A stretch of DNA of 64,000 nucleotides from an uncultured Eubacteriales bacterium (GCA_964644675.1 CAZXWK010000006.1:16341-80340), one strand, 5' to 3'. Counted from the stretch's first letter, positions 45,864-54,976 are shown. Notes: a model not told the origin generated them from the sequence alone. Numbers and translations: made by a program.

Positions 45864-46439
45864 CTAGTAGTTGTCCGGGTAGACCTCGTAGAACGACTGC
45901 GGGTGTTGGCACGCGGGGCACAGGTCGGGCGCCGTGGTGCCCTCGAAGACGTAGCCGCAGTTGCGGCAGAGCCACTTGACCGGCGTCGCGCGCTTGAAGA
46001 CCTCGCCGCTCTCGACGTTCGCGAGGAGCTTGCGGTACCGCTTCTCGTGCCACGCCTCGACCTTCGCGATCTCGCGGTAGCTCTCGGCGACGTCGGCGAA
46101 TCCCTCCGCCTCGGCGACGTTCGCGAAGTCCGGGTAGAGCGTGCCCCACTCCATGAGTTCACCCTCGGCGGCCGCGAGCAGGTTCTCGGCGGTGGAGCCG
46201 ATGACCCCGGCGGGATAGGAGGCCGTGATCTCGACCTCGCCGCCCTCCAGGTACTTGAAGAAGACCTTCGCGTGCTCCTTCTCGTTCTCGGCGGTCTCCA
46301 AGAACAGGGCCGAGATCTGCTCGTAGCCCTCCTTCTTCGCGACGCTGGCGAAGTACGTGTAGCGGTTGCGAGCCTGGGACTCGCCCGCGAACGACTTGAG
46401 CAGGTTCTGCTCGGTCTTGCTGCCCTTGATGCTTGCCAT
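45864..46439 (-). CDS. rbr: Rubrerythrin
   Basis: FAGESQARNRY, ENEKEH, EGELME, EAWHEKRY, WLCRNCGY...CPACQHP rubredoxin domain. Confidence 0.95.
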   Translation of the reverse strand: MASIKGSKTEQNLLKSFAGESQARNRYTYFASVAKKEGYEQISALFLETAENEKEHAKVFFKYLEGGEVEITASYPAGVIGSTAENLLAAAEGELMEWGTLYPDFANVAEAEGFADVAESYREIAKVEAWHEKRYRKLLANVESGEVFKRATPVKWLCRNCGYVFEGTTAPDLCPACQHPQSFYEVYPDNY

Positions 46440-46530
46440 GGGCGCTCCTCTCGGGGTCGGGGGACAGGGATGGTCTAGGGAGAAGGATTCCCGTCCACGG
46501 GTGCATCAAACGGTCACGGGGAAGTCGGGG

Positions 46531-46587
46531 TTGACTAGTGCGAAGTTAGTAGTAGTATGCGTCGTGACTAGTATGAAGTTCGTACTA
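46531..46587 (+). promoter_or_regulatory. PadR-operon promoter with three tandem palindromic operator-like units
   Basis: TTGACT-N16-TAGTAT; TAGTGCGAAGTTAGTAGTA (46536), TAGTATGCGTCGTGACTA (46553), TAGTATGAA-G-TTCGTACTA (46569). Confidence 0.7.
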
Positions 46588-46629
46588 CTACCAAGTTGCG
46601 AACACCATTCGAGAGGGAGGGAGGTGGCC

Positions 46630-46998
46630 ATGGTACTGACAGCGGAGAACGCGCTGAAGAAGTTCCAGAAGGAGCTCAACGGCGGGACGGTCTCGCTGGT
46701 CCTGCTGGCCATTCTCGACCGCTCGCCGGATGCCCTGTACGGCTACCAGATCGCGAAGAGCATCGAGGGAGCCTGGGGCGACGGCGTGCCGGTCAAGCAA
46801 GGGACGCTCTATCCGGTCCTGCGCTCGATGGAGGAGGCGGGGTTGCTCATGAGCCGGGTGGAGCCGAGCGTCTCGGGACCGCCCCGCAAGTACTACTGGA
46901 TCACCGATCACGGGCGAGCCGTGCTCGGGGAGTGGAAGGCGGCGTGGGAGCGCACGCGCTCGTTCGTCGATGCGACGCTGGAGGGGAACGTTGGCTAA
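46630..46998 (+). CDS. PadR family transcriptional regulator
   Basis: LYGYQIAK, KQGTLYPVLRSMEEAGLL, PPRKYYWITDHG. GGAGGT RBS. Confidence 0.93.
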   Translation: MVLTAENALKKFQKELNGGTVSLVLLAILDRSPDALYGYQIAKSIEGAWGDGVPVKQGTLYPVLRSMEEAGLLMSRVEPSVSGPPRKYYWITDHGRAVLGEWKAAWERTRSFVDATLEGNVG

Positions 46999-47971
46999 CA
47001 CGGTCGAGGGATACCTCGCTGAACTCAGGAAGGCGCTCGCAGGCGCCGACCCGGCACTGGTGCAGGACGCCCTGTACGACGCCGAGGAGTACCTGCGCAA
47101 CGCGGTGGCCGAGGGCGACGGGAGTCCGGAGGCGCTCGAAGCCGCGATCGAGGCGTACGGCGCGCCCGAGGAGGTCGCCGACGCGTACCGCGAGAACGAG
47201 GCGATCGTCTCGGCGGCGCTTCGCAAGCCCAAGCCGGTGGTCCCGGCGCAGGGCTTCCGCGCCACGGCGCTCGGGCGCTTCTTCGGGATCGTGGTCGACC
47301 CGAGTGCGTGGGGCGCGCTGTTCTACATGCTGCTCGCGCTCGCGACCGGCGTCATCTACTTCACGGTCGTCGTCACCGGGCTCTCGCTCACGTTCGGCCT
47401 GTTCATCCTCATCATCGGGATCCCGTTCGCGCTGCTGTTCCTGGCGACGGTCCGGGCGATCTCGCTGGCCGAGGGTCGCATGGTCGAGGGGCTTCTCGGC
47501 GTGCGGATGCCCCGTCGTCCCAGGACCCTCGGCGTGCAGGGCGGTTTCTGGGCGCGCGTGAAGGGCTGGCTCACCGACTACCGCTCGTGGACGACGATGC
47601 TCTACATGGTGCTGCAGCTCCCGCTCGGCATCATCTACTTCACCGTGGTGACCGTCGCGCTGTCTCTGTCGGTCGCGGCCGTCGCGGCACCCGTCGCCTC
47701 GCTCGTGCTCAACCAGCCGATCATCGTCAACGGCGAGTACGGCTACATGCCCTACGCATGGGCGCTGCCGCTCTTCGTGGCGATTGGAGCGCTCGGCTTC
47801 TTCGTCACGCTGTGGATGTGCAAGGGCATCGGGTACGTGCATGGGATGTGGGCGAAGACGATGCTGGTCGGTCGCTTCGAGCCGGTCGGCGCGTACGATG
47901 CGCCGGCCGTGGTCGCGGCCCAGCCGTCGAGCGAGAACGTGGCCGTTCCGACCCCGCCGCAGGCCGGCTAG
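46991..47971 (+). CDS. DUF1700/HAAS-like N-terminus plus membrane 'sensor' domain protein
   Basis: YLAELRKAL...DALYDAEEYL...YGAPEEVA, then TM region with AISLAEGRMVEGLLGVRM. TTG start overlaps the PadR stop. Confidence 0.8.
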   Translation: MANTVEGYLAELRKALAGADPALVQDALYDAEEYLRNAVAEGDGSPEALEAAIEAYGAPEEVADAYRENEAIVSAALRKPKPVVPAQGFRATALGRFFGIVVDPSAWGALFYMLLALATGVIYFTVVVTGLSLTFGLFILIIGIPFALLFLATVRAISLAEGRMVEGLLGVRMPRRPRTLGVQGGFWARVKGWLTDYRSWTTMLYMVLQLPLGIIYFTVVTVALSLSVAAVAAPVASLVLNQPIIVNGEYGYMPYAWALPLFVAIGALGFFVTLWMCKGIGYVHGMWAKTMLVGRFEPVGAYDAPAVVAAQPSSENVAVPTPPQAG

Positions 47972-47984
47972 AAGGGAGTCGACC

Positions 47985-48767
47985 ATGAACAAGTCGCTAC
48001 GGATCGCGATCGTGGTCGGCCTGGCGCTGGGCGTGCTCGCCGTCGCCGGCTGCCGCCGCGTCGAACTCTCCGACTACCAGAAGGGCGTCGTCACCGTCAC
48101 GACCGCACCGGCCTCGACCGAGACGACCACCGCGCCGCTCGGCGGGGCGCAGGCGCTGAACGCACGCCTGCGCATGGCCGTCGGCGACCTGTCGCTGTCG
48201 GGAGGCGCGACCGCCGGCCAGGCGTTCGACGCGTCGATGCACTACCAGCCCAAGACCTGGAAGCCGGTCGTGAGGTACGAGCCGCCGGGCTCGGCCGAGG
48301 GCACCGCCGCAGCCATCGCGTCGCTGTGGATCGACCAGCCCGAGGTCAAGGGCCAGTCGTGGCCGAACATGGAGAACAGCTGGAAGGTCAAGCTCGCGAG
48401 CGGCGTGCCCACCGACCTCTCGCTCAAGTTGGGCGTGGGCACGAGCAACGTGGACCTCAGCGACGTGGACATCCGGACGCTCGAGCTCGTCACTGGCGTA
48501 GGCTCGACGACGCTCGACCTCACCGGCGCGCGGACGGCGACCGTCACCGCGGACGTCGAGTCCGGCATCGGTGAGCTCACGATCAAGCTGCCCAAGGACG
48601 TGGGTGTCCGGGTCACGGGCGGCAAGGAGGGTGTCGGCGATCTGAGCTCGAACGGGTTCACCCAGCAGGGCGGGGCGCTGGTCAACGCGGCCTACGCCGG
48701 CTCAGGGCCCAAGATCGAGATCGCGCTCACCCGCGGCGTCGGGTCGGTGGAGCTGCGGCTCGAGTAG
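47985..48767 (+). CDS. Lipoprotein, DUF2154/LiaF-like (toast-rack) beta-solenoid
   Basis: LAVAG|C lipobox; repeated L.LGVG...VDL, L.TGVG..TLDL, V.SGIGELTI, LTRGVGSVEL. Confidence 0.75.
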   Translation: MNKSLRIAIVVGLALGVLAVAGCRRVELSDYQKGVVTVTTAPASTETTTAPLGGAQALNARLRMAVGDLSLSGGATAGQAFDASMHYQPKTWKPVVRYEPPGSAEGTAAAIASLWIDQPEVKGQSWPNMENSWKVKLASGVPTDLSLKLGVGTSNVDLSDVDIRTLELVTGVGSTTLDLTGARTATVTADVESGIGELTIKLPKDVGVRVTGGKEGVGDLSSNGFTQQGGALVNAAYAGSGPKIEIALTRGVGSVELRLE

Positions 48768-48830
48768 CCCTTGCGAGATCCCCGGGGCGGCGTTCGGCAC
48801 GTACGGCCGGCGTCGCCCCGTTTCGCGCCC

Positions 48831-49694
48831 TCAGACCGCCCGCCACACCCCCGCGTGGTTCTCGACGCTGAACTCGAGCAGTCCCTTGCCGAGCAACCCG
48901 CCGAGAAACCCCTTCACCGTGGTGACCGCGAGCCAGTACTGGGCCGGGTTGTCCGAGAGCCCGCGCTCCGCAGAGACCATCGCGATGGCCTCCTCGGTGG
49001 TGTGCGGCGTCTTGAGCCGATCGAGGATGAGCTGCTCGATCTGGGCGATCTGCGAGAGGTGGAACTCGATGTCCTTCTCGGCGGTGGTGCGGTCGACGAG
49101 TACTCCGTGACCGGGGACGAGCCATTCGAAGTCGAGTCCGCGGATGGTGCGCAGCGACTCGGCGACCAGGTCGGGGTCGATCGCGTAGGGGAGCCGGTGC
49201 CGCTCCCAGAGCCGCTCGAGGTAGAGCGCGTCGCCCGAGAACAGCACCTTGTCTGCGGTGAGGAAGCCCGTGTGGCCGAGCGTATGCCCGGGCAGGCGGA
49301 CCGGGGTGGCGCGCTCGTCGTCCCACGTCTCGACGACGGAGTCCACTTCGCACGGCGTCCCCTTGAAGAGCTTGGTCACGAGCAGGTCGCTCGGCTTTGC
49401 CCACGAGAACATGCCACGCACGTTCACGTCGGGATTCTCGACGAGCGTCGCGTCGTCACGCGCGGCGACGACCGTCGCGCCGCGCTCGCGTACGAAGGCG
49501 GCCGCCGAGAAGTGGTCGGCGTGCCCGTGCGTGATCGCGAGCTTGTCGCAACTCGAGCCGGCGTACGCCGACTCCTCGGGTCCGGTGTCGACGACGAGTC
49601 CGTCGCAGTAGCCCGAGTTGGTGAGTCCGGGCAGGTAGGCGGTGGAACCGGCGATGTGGACGGCGCCCTCGGGGGCACCGGGAACTGACTTCAT
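48831..49694 (-). CDS. MBL-fold metallo-hydrolase
   Basis: VVDTG, THGHADH, PGHTLGH, SGDA, VPGHG. Confidence 0.9.
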   Translation of the reverse strand: MKSVPGAPEGAVHIAGSTAYLPGLTNSGYCDGLVVDTGPEESAYAGSSCDKLAITHGHADHFSAAAFVRERGATVVAARDDATLVENPDVNVRGMFSWAKPSDLLVTKLFKGTPCEVDSVVETWDDERATPVRLPGHTLGHTGFLTADKVLFSGDALYLERLWERHRLPYAIDPDLVAESLRTIRGLDFEWLVPGHGVLVDRTTAEKDIEFHLSQIAQIEQLILDRLKTPHTTEEAIAMVSAERGLSDNPAQYWLAVTTVKGFLGGLLGKGLLEFSVENHAGVWRAV

Positions 49695-49753
49695 GCGCTC
49701 ACCTCGCAGGTGAGTATGACACGAGGCCGGAGCTGAGGAAGCGGCGTCCCGCC

Positions 49754-50470
49754 CTACACGGCGCCCGTCGTGGCGGCTGAGCGGCGCCGCAGGCGATCGA
49801 GCACGGGCCGCAGCTCGTCGGAGGTGACCACGCTCCCGTGCGCCGGGTAGATGGTGGTCGCGCCCTCGTCGAGCAGCAGCTGCCAGCTGTCGAGCACCTG
49901 CTCGACGTCGAGCGCCATGTTCGGGAGCTCGGGCGGCGTCACGCCGGGGATCCGCCGGCCCTGCACCGTGTCGCCGACGAACGCCGAGCCGTCGTCGAGA
50001 ATGACGGTGAGGTCACCGTCGCTGTGCCCGGGGGTGTAGACGACGCGGCCCGGCAGGCCGTACTCGTCGAGCCGGGCACCGTCGTCGAGGCCGAGCACGG
50101 TGCCGGCTCCGCGTAGCCCCATCCGCGGGAGCCAGGTCATCGCGAGCCGTTCGTACACGCGCGAGTAGGGGTTGAGTCCGGGCGACGCGATCATCGCGCC
50201 GGTAGCGACGATGCGCGCGTGCTCCGGATGCGCGACCACGTCGAAGGGGCCGGCGACGTCCTGTATCTCGGGCAGCCCGCCGAAGTGGTCGGCGTGACCG
50301 TGCGTGACCACCGCAAGCCGCAGCTCGTTGGGCGACCGGCCGAGGGAGGCGATCTTGGCGAGCACCGTCTTGCCGTGGCCGACCATGCCCGCGTCGATCA
50401 GGAACAGCGCCTCGTCGGTCTCGATGAGGTGGCTGTACGCCGCGATTCCCTGTAGCCGATGTATCCGCAT
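49754..50470 (-). CDS. MBL-fold metallo-hydrolase
   Basis: LIDAG, THGHADH, TPGHSDG, VGD, YPAHG. Confidence 0.9.
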   Translation of the reverse strand: MRIHRLQGIAAYSHLIETDEALFLIDAGMVGHGKTVLAKIASLGRSPNELRLAVVTHGHADHFGGLPEIQDVAGPFDVVAHPEHARIVATGAMIASPGLNPYSRVYERLAMTWLPRMGLRGAGTVLGLDDGARLDEYGLPGRVVYTPGHSDGDLTVILDDGSAFVGDTVQGRRIPGVTPPELPNMALDVEQVLDSWQLLLDEGATTIYPAHGSVVTSDELRPVLDRLRRRSAATTGAV

Positions 50471-50653
50471 GGGTCGAACAGGAGCAACGCCCGTGCCGCG
50501 CGCGTCTCACGTGCGGCTCAGACTCCTTCACGGTAGACCGAACGGTCACGCTGAACGGCGTCTGTTCGGCACGGGAATCGCTCATCAACGTGCACGGGTG
50601 AATCCCGAGGGCGCAATCCCGCGACCCGCCGTTGTAGAGGAGGTGAGCCAGTA

Positions 50654-50722
50654 GTGCGAAGTAGTCACATCGCTGCACTGGTCCCGACCGTTTCCGCTCA
50701 CGCGGAGGTCGGCACCGCCTAG
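50654..50722 (+). CDS. Candidate 22-aa leader peptide MRSSHIAALVPTVSAHAEVGTA
   Basis: Near-perfect SD AGGAGGTGA 7 nt before GTG; the stop is directly followed by a structured region. Confidence 0.4.
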   Translation: MRSSHIAALVPTVSAHAEVGTA

Positions 50723-50811
50723 AACAGCGGCGTTGCAGGGCCTCACCCGCCCGATGCGCAACGCAACGCGATACTCGCGAATAGCACCAACGTCGCTGTT
50801 CGGCAGCGATG
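50723..50811 (+). ncRNA. Unidentified structured RNA element (four-way junction with alternative fold)
   Basis: 13-bp stem 50723-50735/50788-50800 (one G-U) enclosing three hairpins; competing hairpin 50791-50811. Confidence 0.45.
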
Positions 50812-50813
50812 GG

Positions 50814-50844
50814 AGAGGGCCTCGGAGACGGGGCCCTCTTCTTT
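50814..50844 (+). terminator. Intrinsic terminator
   Basis: AGAGGGCCTCG-GAGA-CGGGGCCCTCT then TCTTT. Confidence 0.75.
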
Positions 50845-50983
50845 GCGTTCAGACTGCCGACGTGGCTGGCTCGCTCCTGTGGCGCCGAGGCCTGTGTGAC
50901 ATTCGTGGATTCGCGGTACCGAGTGGCCTCCTCGGGTACACTCGATATGCATCTGATTCGATTCGGACTGAGGGGAGTGAATC

Positions 50984-51412
50984 GTGGAACACGGACCTGT
51001 AGACGTCATCGCAATCGCGACCGGCGAACCGCGTTTCGACGGCAGCGTGCTCGCTGAGCTGGAGCGGCTCGCAGAGGCCGGCACGATCCGCGTGCTCGAC
51101 GCGATGGTCGTGGTGAAAGACGAGGACGGCGCCGCGTACGGCGTCGATCTCGAGGACCTGCCCGAAGAGGAGAAGGCCAAGCTCGGATTCATCGAGACGG
51201 GCACGCGCGGCATGTTCGATGCCGAGGACGCGGCAGCGCTCATGGAGGGCATGGTCGCCGGTTCTACCGTCGCCGCGTTCGCCATCGAGCACGTCTGGGC
51301 GATCGGTCTCGCGAACGCGTTCTACAACGCGGGCGCCGAGGTCGCGACCAGCTTCAGGGTCCCCGCGCCGGTCGTGTCCGAGCTGTACGCGGCGATCGCC
51401 GCCGGCAAGTAG
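50984..51412 (+). CDS. DUF6325-like protein
   Basis: GPVDVIAI...FDGSVLAELERLAEAGTIRVLD...GSTVAAFAIEHVWA; usual upstream partner of actinobacterial SHOCT genes. Confidence 0.75.
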   Translation: MEHGPVDVIAIATGEPRFDGSVLAELERLAEAGTIRVLDAMVVVKDEDGAAYGVDLEDLPEEEKAKLGFIETGTRGMFDAEDAAALMEGMVAGSTVAAFAIEHVWAIGLANAFYNAGAEVATSFRVPAPVVSELYAAIAAGK

Positions 51413-51423
51413 AGGAGGACGAG

Positions 51424-51756
51424 ATGCCAGCACTCATCAGAGGCGTAGCCCGCACGGCGGTCATCGCGGGCACCGCGACCGCCACGTCGAACGCGGTCAA
51501 CCGCCGCATGGCCCAGAAGAACGTCGAGGCCTACGGCAACGCGCAGCAGCAGTACCAGGCCGAGCAGGGCTACGCGGCCCCGCCCGTCGCGGTGGGCGCC
51601 GGCCCTTCGCCCGGAGCGGTCGTCGCGGCGCCGCCCGTGGCGGCTCCGGCCGGCACGGACCTCACGGCCGAGCTCCAGAAGCTCGCCGACCTCAAGGCCC
51701 AGGGCATCCTGAGCGACGAGGAGTTCGCCGCAGCGAAGGCCAAGCTGCTCGGCTAG
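51424..51756 (+). CDS. SHOCT domain protein
   Basis: LIRGVARTAVIAGTATA N-terminus; ELQKLADLKAQGILSDEEFAAAKAKLL. Confidence 0.9.
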   Translation: MPALIRGVARTAVIAGTATATSNAVNRRMAQKNVEAYGNAQQQYQAEQGYAAPPVAVGAGPSPGAVVAAPPVAAPAGTDLTAELQKLADLKAQGILSDEEFAAAKAKLLG

Positions 51757-51795
51757 CGCGAGTTCAGGGCGCTAGGCGCACCAGAGCGGAACACG

Positions 51796-51823
51796 AAGGG
51801 CCCCCCAGCTGGGGGGCCCTTTT
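51796..51823. terminator. Bidirectional-type terminator hairpin
   Basis: AAGGGCCCCCC-AGCT-GGGGGGCCCTT-TT between convergent genes. Confidence 0.85.
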
Positions 51824-51871
51824 CGCGCGCTTGAGGTATCGCGCCGGGTCGGAGCCGACGCGCGGGTGGGT

Positions 51872-53065
51872 CTAGCAGGTGCCCGGCGCCGAGCACGGGG
51901 CCGAGCGGACGAACTCGGGGGTCGCTTCGATGTGCGCGACCAGGCCGCTGCGATCGGACTCCGCATGCAGCAGGCACGTGGTGTCCTCGGCCATCGGGTC
52001 GCCGGTGCGCTGCCACGCCTTCGCGCGGCAACCGCGGCAGATTCGCGAGTACTCGCACGCCTCGGGGGCGCAGACGCCCTTGGACTCCTGCTGGTCGAGC
52101 TTGTAGAGCTCGCCCACGGCGTCCTGCAGCGTCATCTCGCGGATGCTGCCGATCGTCCAGTCCTGGGCGAACTGGCAGGGCATGATGCCGCCCTCGGAGT
52201 TGATGTTCATGTGGCCCTTGCCCACCGGGCACGCCGAGATGGTCTTGAGGCGCTCAAGGCCGTTGGAGACGTCGATACCGCGCTCGACGAACTTCTCGGC
52301 GACGAAGGGGATGAAGCTCGGCATCGCGCCGATGTCCCACTCGAGCTTGGACTCCTCGGACAGGATGTCCTCGACGATGAAGTCGCCCAGCTCGCGCCAC
52401 TGCTCGGCGGTGATGCGGCCGTCGTCCTCGCCCTCGCTACGGCCGGCGGTGATGAGGTCGCAGAAGTAGATGAGGCCGCAGTCGAGCTCCTTGGCCTCGG
52501 CGATGAGGTCGTAGACGTGAGGCCAGGTGTCCTGGGAGATCGCGGTCTTGATCGCGACGCCGACGCCTTCCTCGCGCAGGACCTTGATCGCCTCGACGAC
52601 GCGGTCGTGCGTGCCGGGCACGCCGACCATGGGGTCGTGGAACTCGGCGGGGCCGTAGAGCGACGTCGCGATCCAGTCGATCCCGGCAGCCTTGAGGCGC
52701 TTGGCGGCGTCACGGTCCATGAGCGTGCAGTTGGTCGACACCGTCACGCGGATGCCGTAGCCGCGCGCGAGCTCGAGGATCTCCCAGAAGTTCTTGCGCA
52801 TCATCGGCTCGCCACCGGACAGGAACAGGGCCGGCAGGCCGCTCTCGCCCATCTGCGTCACCAGAGCGATGGTCTCCTCGTCGGTGAGCTCCTCGGGACG
52901 GCCGGTGTGGTCGGCGGCCATGTAGCAGTGGTCGCAGAGCAGGTTGCACCGGTTGGTGATGTTCCAGATCACGTCGCTCGGCCGGCCGAGCTTGTACGCC
53001 GTGACGGCCTTGTTCTCGACTTCCGCGAGCGGGCCCTTGAAGAACAGCGATCGAACGTGAGCCAT
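51872..53065 (-). CDS. Radical SAM/SPASM protein (NirJ/Ahb-like N-terminus)
   Basis: IWNITNRCNLLCDHCY, LSGGEPM, STN; SPASM cysteines ACPVG...PCQF...CAPEACEYSRICRGCRA...TCLL. Confidence 0.88.
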   Translation of the reverse strand: MAHVRSLFFKGPLAEVENKAVTAYKLGRPSDVIWNITNRCNLLCDHCYMAADHTGRPEELTDEETIALVTQMGESGLPALFLSGGEPMMRKNFWEILELARGYGIRVTVSTNCTLMDRDAAKRLKAAGIDWIATSLYGPAEFHDPMVGVPGTHDRVVEAIKVLREEGVGVAIKTAISQDTWPHVYDLIAEAKELDCGLIYFCDLITAGRSEGEDDGRITAEQWRELGDFIVEDILSEESKLEWDIGAMPSFIPFVAEKFVERGIDVSNGLERLKTISACPVGKGHMNINSEGGIMPCQFAQDWTIGSIREMTLQDAVGELYKLDQQESKGVCAPEACEYSRICRGCRAKAWQRTGDPMAEDTTCLLHAESDRSGLVAHIEATPEFVRSAPCSAPGTC

Positions 53066-53147
53066 GTGCGAGCCTCCTGAGGTCGCGGGCGGCCCGAATC
53101 GGCCCCTCCGCGCGTGCGCACGCCATTATGCAACCCGCGAGCCACTC

Positions 53148-53171
53148 GCGCACGATGTAACTATTGTGCGC
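53148..53171. promoter_or_regulatory. Near-perfect palindrome in the rSAM/AKR divergent intergenic region
   Basis: GCGCACGAT-N6-ATTGTGCGC (8/9 match), just upstream of a minus-strand CATAAT (53126-53131). Confidence 0.4.
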
Positions 53172-53302
53172 GGTGCAGAGGGGGTCGCGCCCCGCCACAT
53201 GCCGGGCCCCTTCGACAGCCGGCCACGCTGACGACTACAGTGGTTTGAGAACGGCGTGCGTTCACTGCGGCCGAACGGACTTCCTCGCCAAGAAGGAAGC
53301 GA

Positions 53303-54157
53303 ATGGCGGACTTCGAACTCACATCGCTTGCGAGCACGGTCGAGATCGCGCCCGGCGTGGAGATGCCGCGGCTCGGTCTGGGCACGTACCGCGCCGACGA
53401 GGGCCCCGACGTCGAGGGCGAGGTCGCGTATGGGCTGTCCGTTGGCTATCGCCTCGTGGACACGGCCGCGCTCTACGGCAACGAGCACAGCGTCGGTGCT
53501 GCGATCCGGGCGAGCGGGATCCCCCGCGAGGACGTCTTCGTCACGACCAAGCTCTGGAACTCCGATCAGGGGTACAGGTCGACCTTCTCGGCGTTCGACG
53601 CGAGCCTGGCCCGTCTCGGCTTCGACTACGTCGACCTGTATCTGATCCATTGGCCGGTGCCGGGCCTGATGCAGGAGACCTGGAGCGCGATGGAGGAGAT
53701 CCTGGACTCGGGACGCACCCGGGCGATCGGCGTGTGCAACTTCCTCCCGCACCACCTTCAGGAGCTACTGTCGTTCGCCAAGGTGCCGCCGGCGGTGGAC
53801 CAGGCCGAGTTGCACCCGCGTCTCCAGCGCGTCGCGCTGCAGCGCTCGTGTCGGGACGCCGGAATCACACTCCAGGCGTGGGCCCCCGTGATGCGCGGTC
53901 GCGTGAACGGGATTCCCGAGCTGCAACAGATCGCCAAGCGCCACGGCAAGACCCCTGCGCAGGTCTCGATCCGCTGGATCCTGCAGCGCGGGATGGTCAC
54001 CATCCCCAAGTCCATCCACGAGGAGCGCATCGCCGAGAACGCCGACGTGTTCGACTTCGAGCTGTCCGGGGACGAGATGGCGGTCATCGGCAAGCTCGAT
54101 CGTGACGAGCGCATCGGCCCCGACCCCGACACGTACGCGACCGGTCGCACCGGATAG
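53303..54157 (+). CDS. Aldo/keto reductase
   Basis: LGLGTY, DTAALYGNE, FVTTKLWNSD, DLYLIHWP, IGVCNF, IPKS. Confidence 0.95.
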   Translation: MADFELTSLASTVEIAPGVEMPRLGLGTYRADEGPDVEGEVAYGLSVGYRLVDTAALYGNEHSVGAAIRASGIPREDVFVTTKLWNSDQGYRSTFSAFDASLARLGFDYVDLYLIHWPVPGLMQETWSAMEEILDSGRTRAIGVCNFLPHHLQELLSFAKVPPAVDQAELHPRLQRVALQRSCRDAGITLQAWAPVMRGRVNGIPELQQIAKRHGKTPAQVSIRWILQRGMVTIPKSIHEERIAENADVFDFELSGDEMAVIGKLDRDERIGPDPDTYATGRTG

Positions 54158-54172
54158 CGAGGAGGACCACCG

Positions 54173-54976
54173 ATGAACCGACGGATCATCTCCCTGCTGG
54201 GCATCGCAGTCGTAGTGGCCGTTCTGCTGACCTCGGCGGGATGCAAGCGTCAGACCCCGAGTTCGACCGAGCCGGGCCGCGGCCAGCCCCACCAGGCCGA
54301 GACGACCCCCTCGGTCGTCACGACTCCGACGAACCAGCCGCAGACCGACTCGGTGTCGAGCGGCCCTGTCAGTACCCCCGCCGCAGGTACCGCGGTTCGG
54401 ACCGCGCTGATGGACGCCGCGCGCACGCGGCTGAGCACGACCTCGCAGTTCGTGGTCAACCAGCTCTACGTGCAGGGTGACGCCGCGATCGGCGACATCG
54501 AGACCGTGAGCGGCGGCAAGCGCTACTTCGTCGCGTGGCGCGGGCCGGAATGGGTCGCCGTCTGGAGCGAGCCGTTCGGCTCCTCGGGCGCGAGCCTTGC
54601 GGCCGCGACCACCGCGCTACCCACGTTCTCGAGCGCGCTGCTGGACAAGGTCGACTGGAAGTTCGCCAAGCCCGCGAGCGCGGCGCAGCTCAAGGCGAGC
54701 CTCGCGAAGTCGGCCCAGGGCTGGGCTGACAGCATGATGGGCGGCGTCGGCAAGCCGTACAAGGTGGAGACCGCCAAGGTTGCCAAGGACTCGAAGGGCA
54801 ACTGGTGGGGACTGGCGGTCGTCCAGCCCTCGCCGAGCGAGGGAAACAGCTACGAGGCGCTGGTGTTCTGGTGCCGGTACGAGAACGGTGCCTGGTCCGG
54901 TCAGGCCCAAGACCCCGAGCCGCCTGCGCCGTCCACCTACTTTCCGTCCGAAGTTGTTGGTGTTCTGGGTCTGTGA
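54173..54976 (+). CDS. Hypothetical lipoprotein
   Basis: LLTSAG|C lipobox-like signal, Pro/Thr linker, two small globular segments. Confidence 0.75.
   Translation: MNRRIISLLGIAVVVAVLLTSAGCKRQTPSSTEPGRGQPHQAETTPSVVTTPTNQPQTDSVSSGPVSTPAAGTAVRTALMDAARTRLSTTSQFVVNQLYVQGDAAIGDIETVSGGKRYFVAWRGPEWVAVWSEPFGSSGASLAAATTALPTFSSALLDKVDWKFAKPASAAQLKASLAKSAQGWADSMMGGVGKPYKVETAKVAKDSKGNWWGLAVVQPSPSEGNSYEALVFWCRYENGAWSGQAQDPEPPAPSTYFPSEVVGVLGL

Noticed and set aside
50540-50670. ydaO/c-di-AMP (GGGTGAATCCC) or c-di-GMP-II (GAGCCAGTAGTGC) riboswitch
   Set aside because: Short fragments resemble each, but the remaining conserved elements and order are absent; cmscan would settle it.
50723-50800. Hammerhead, HDV-like ribozyme, tRNA or retron msr-msd
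   Set aside because: No CUGAUGA/GAAA core, no HDV nested pseudoknot pairing, no T-loop or CCA, and no reverse transcriptase nearby.
53066-53302. RiPP precursor peptide for the SPASM enzyme
   Set aside because: No small ORF with an RBS on the minus strand; the region reads as a divergent promoter.
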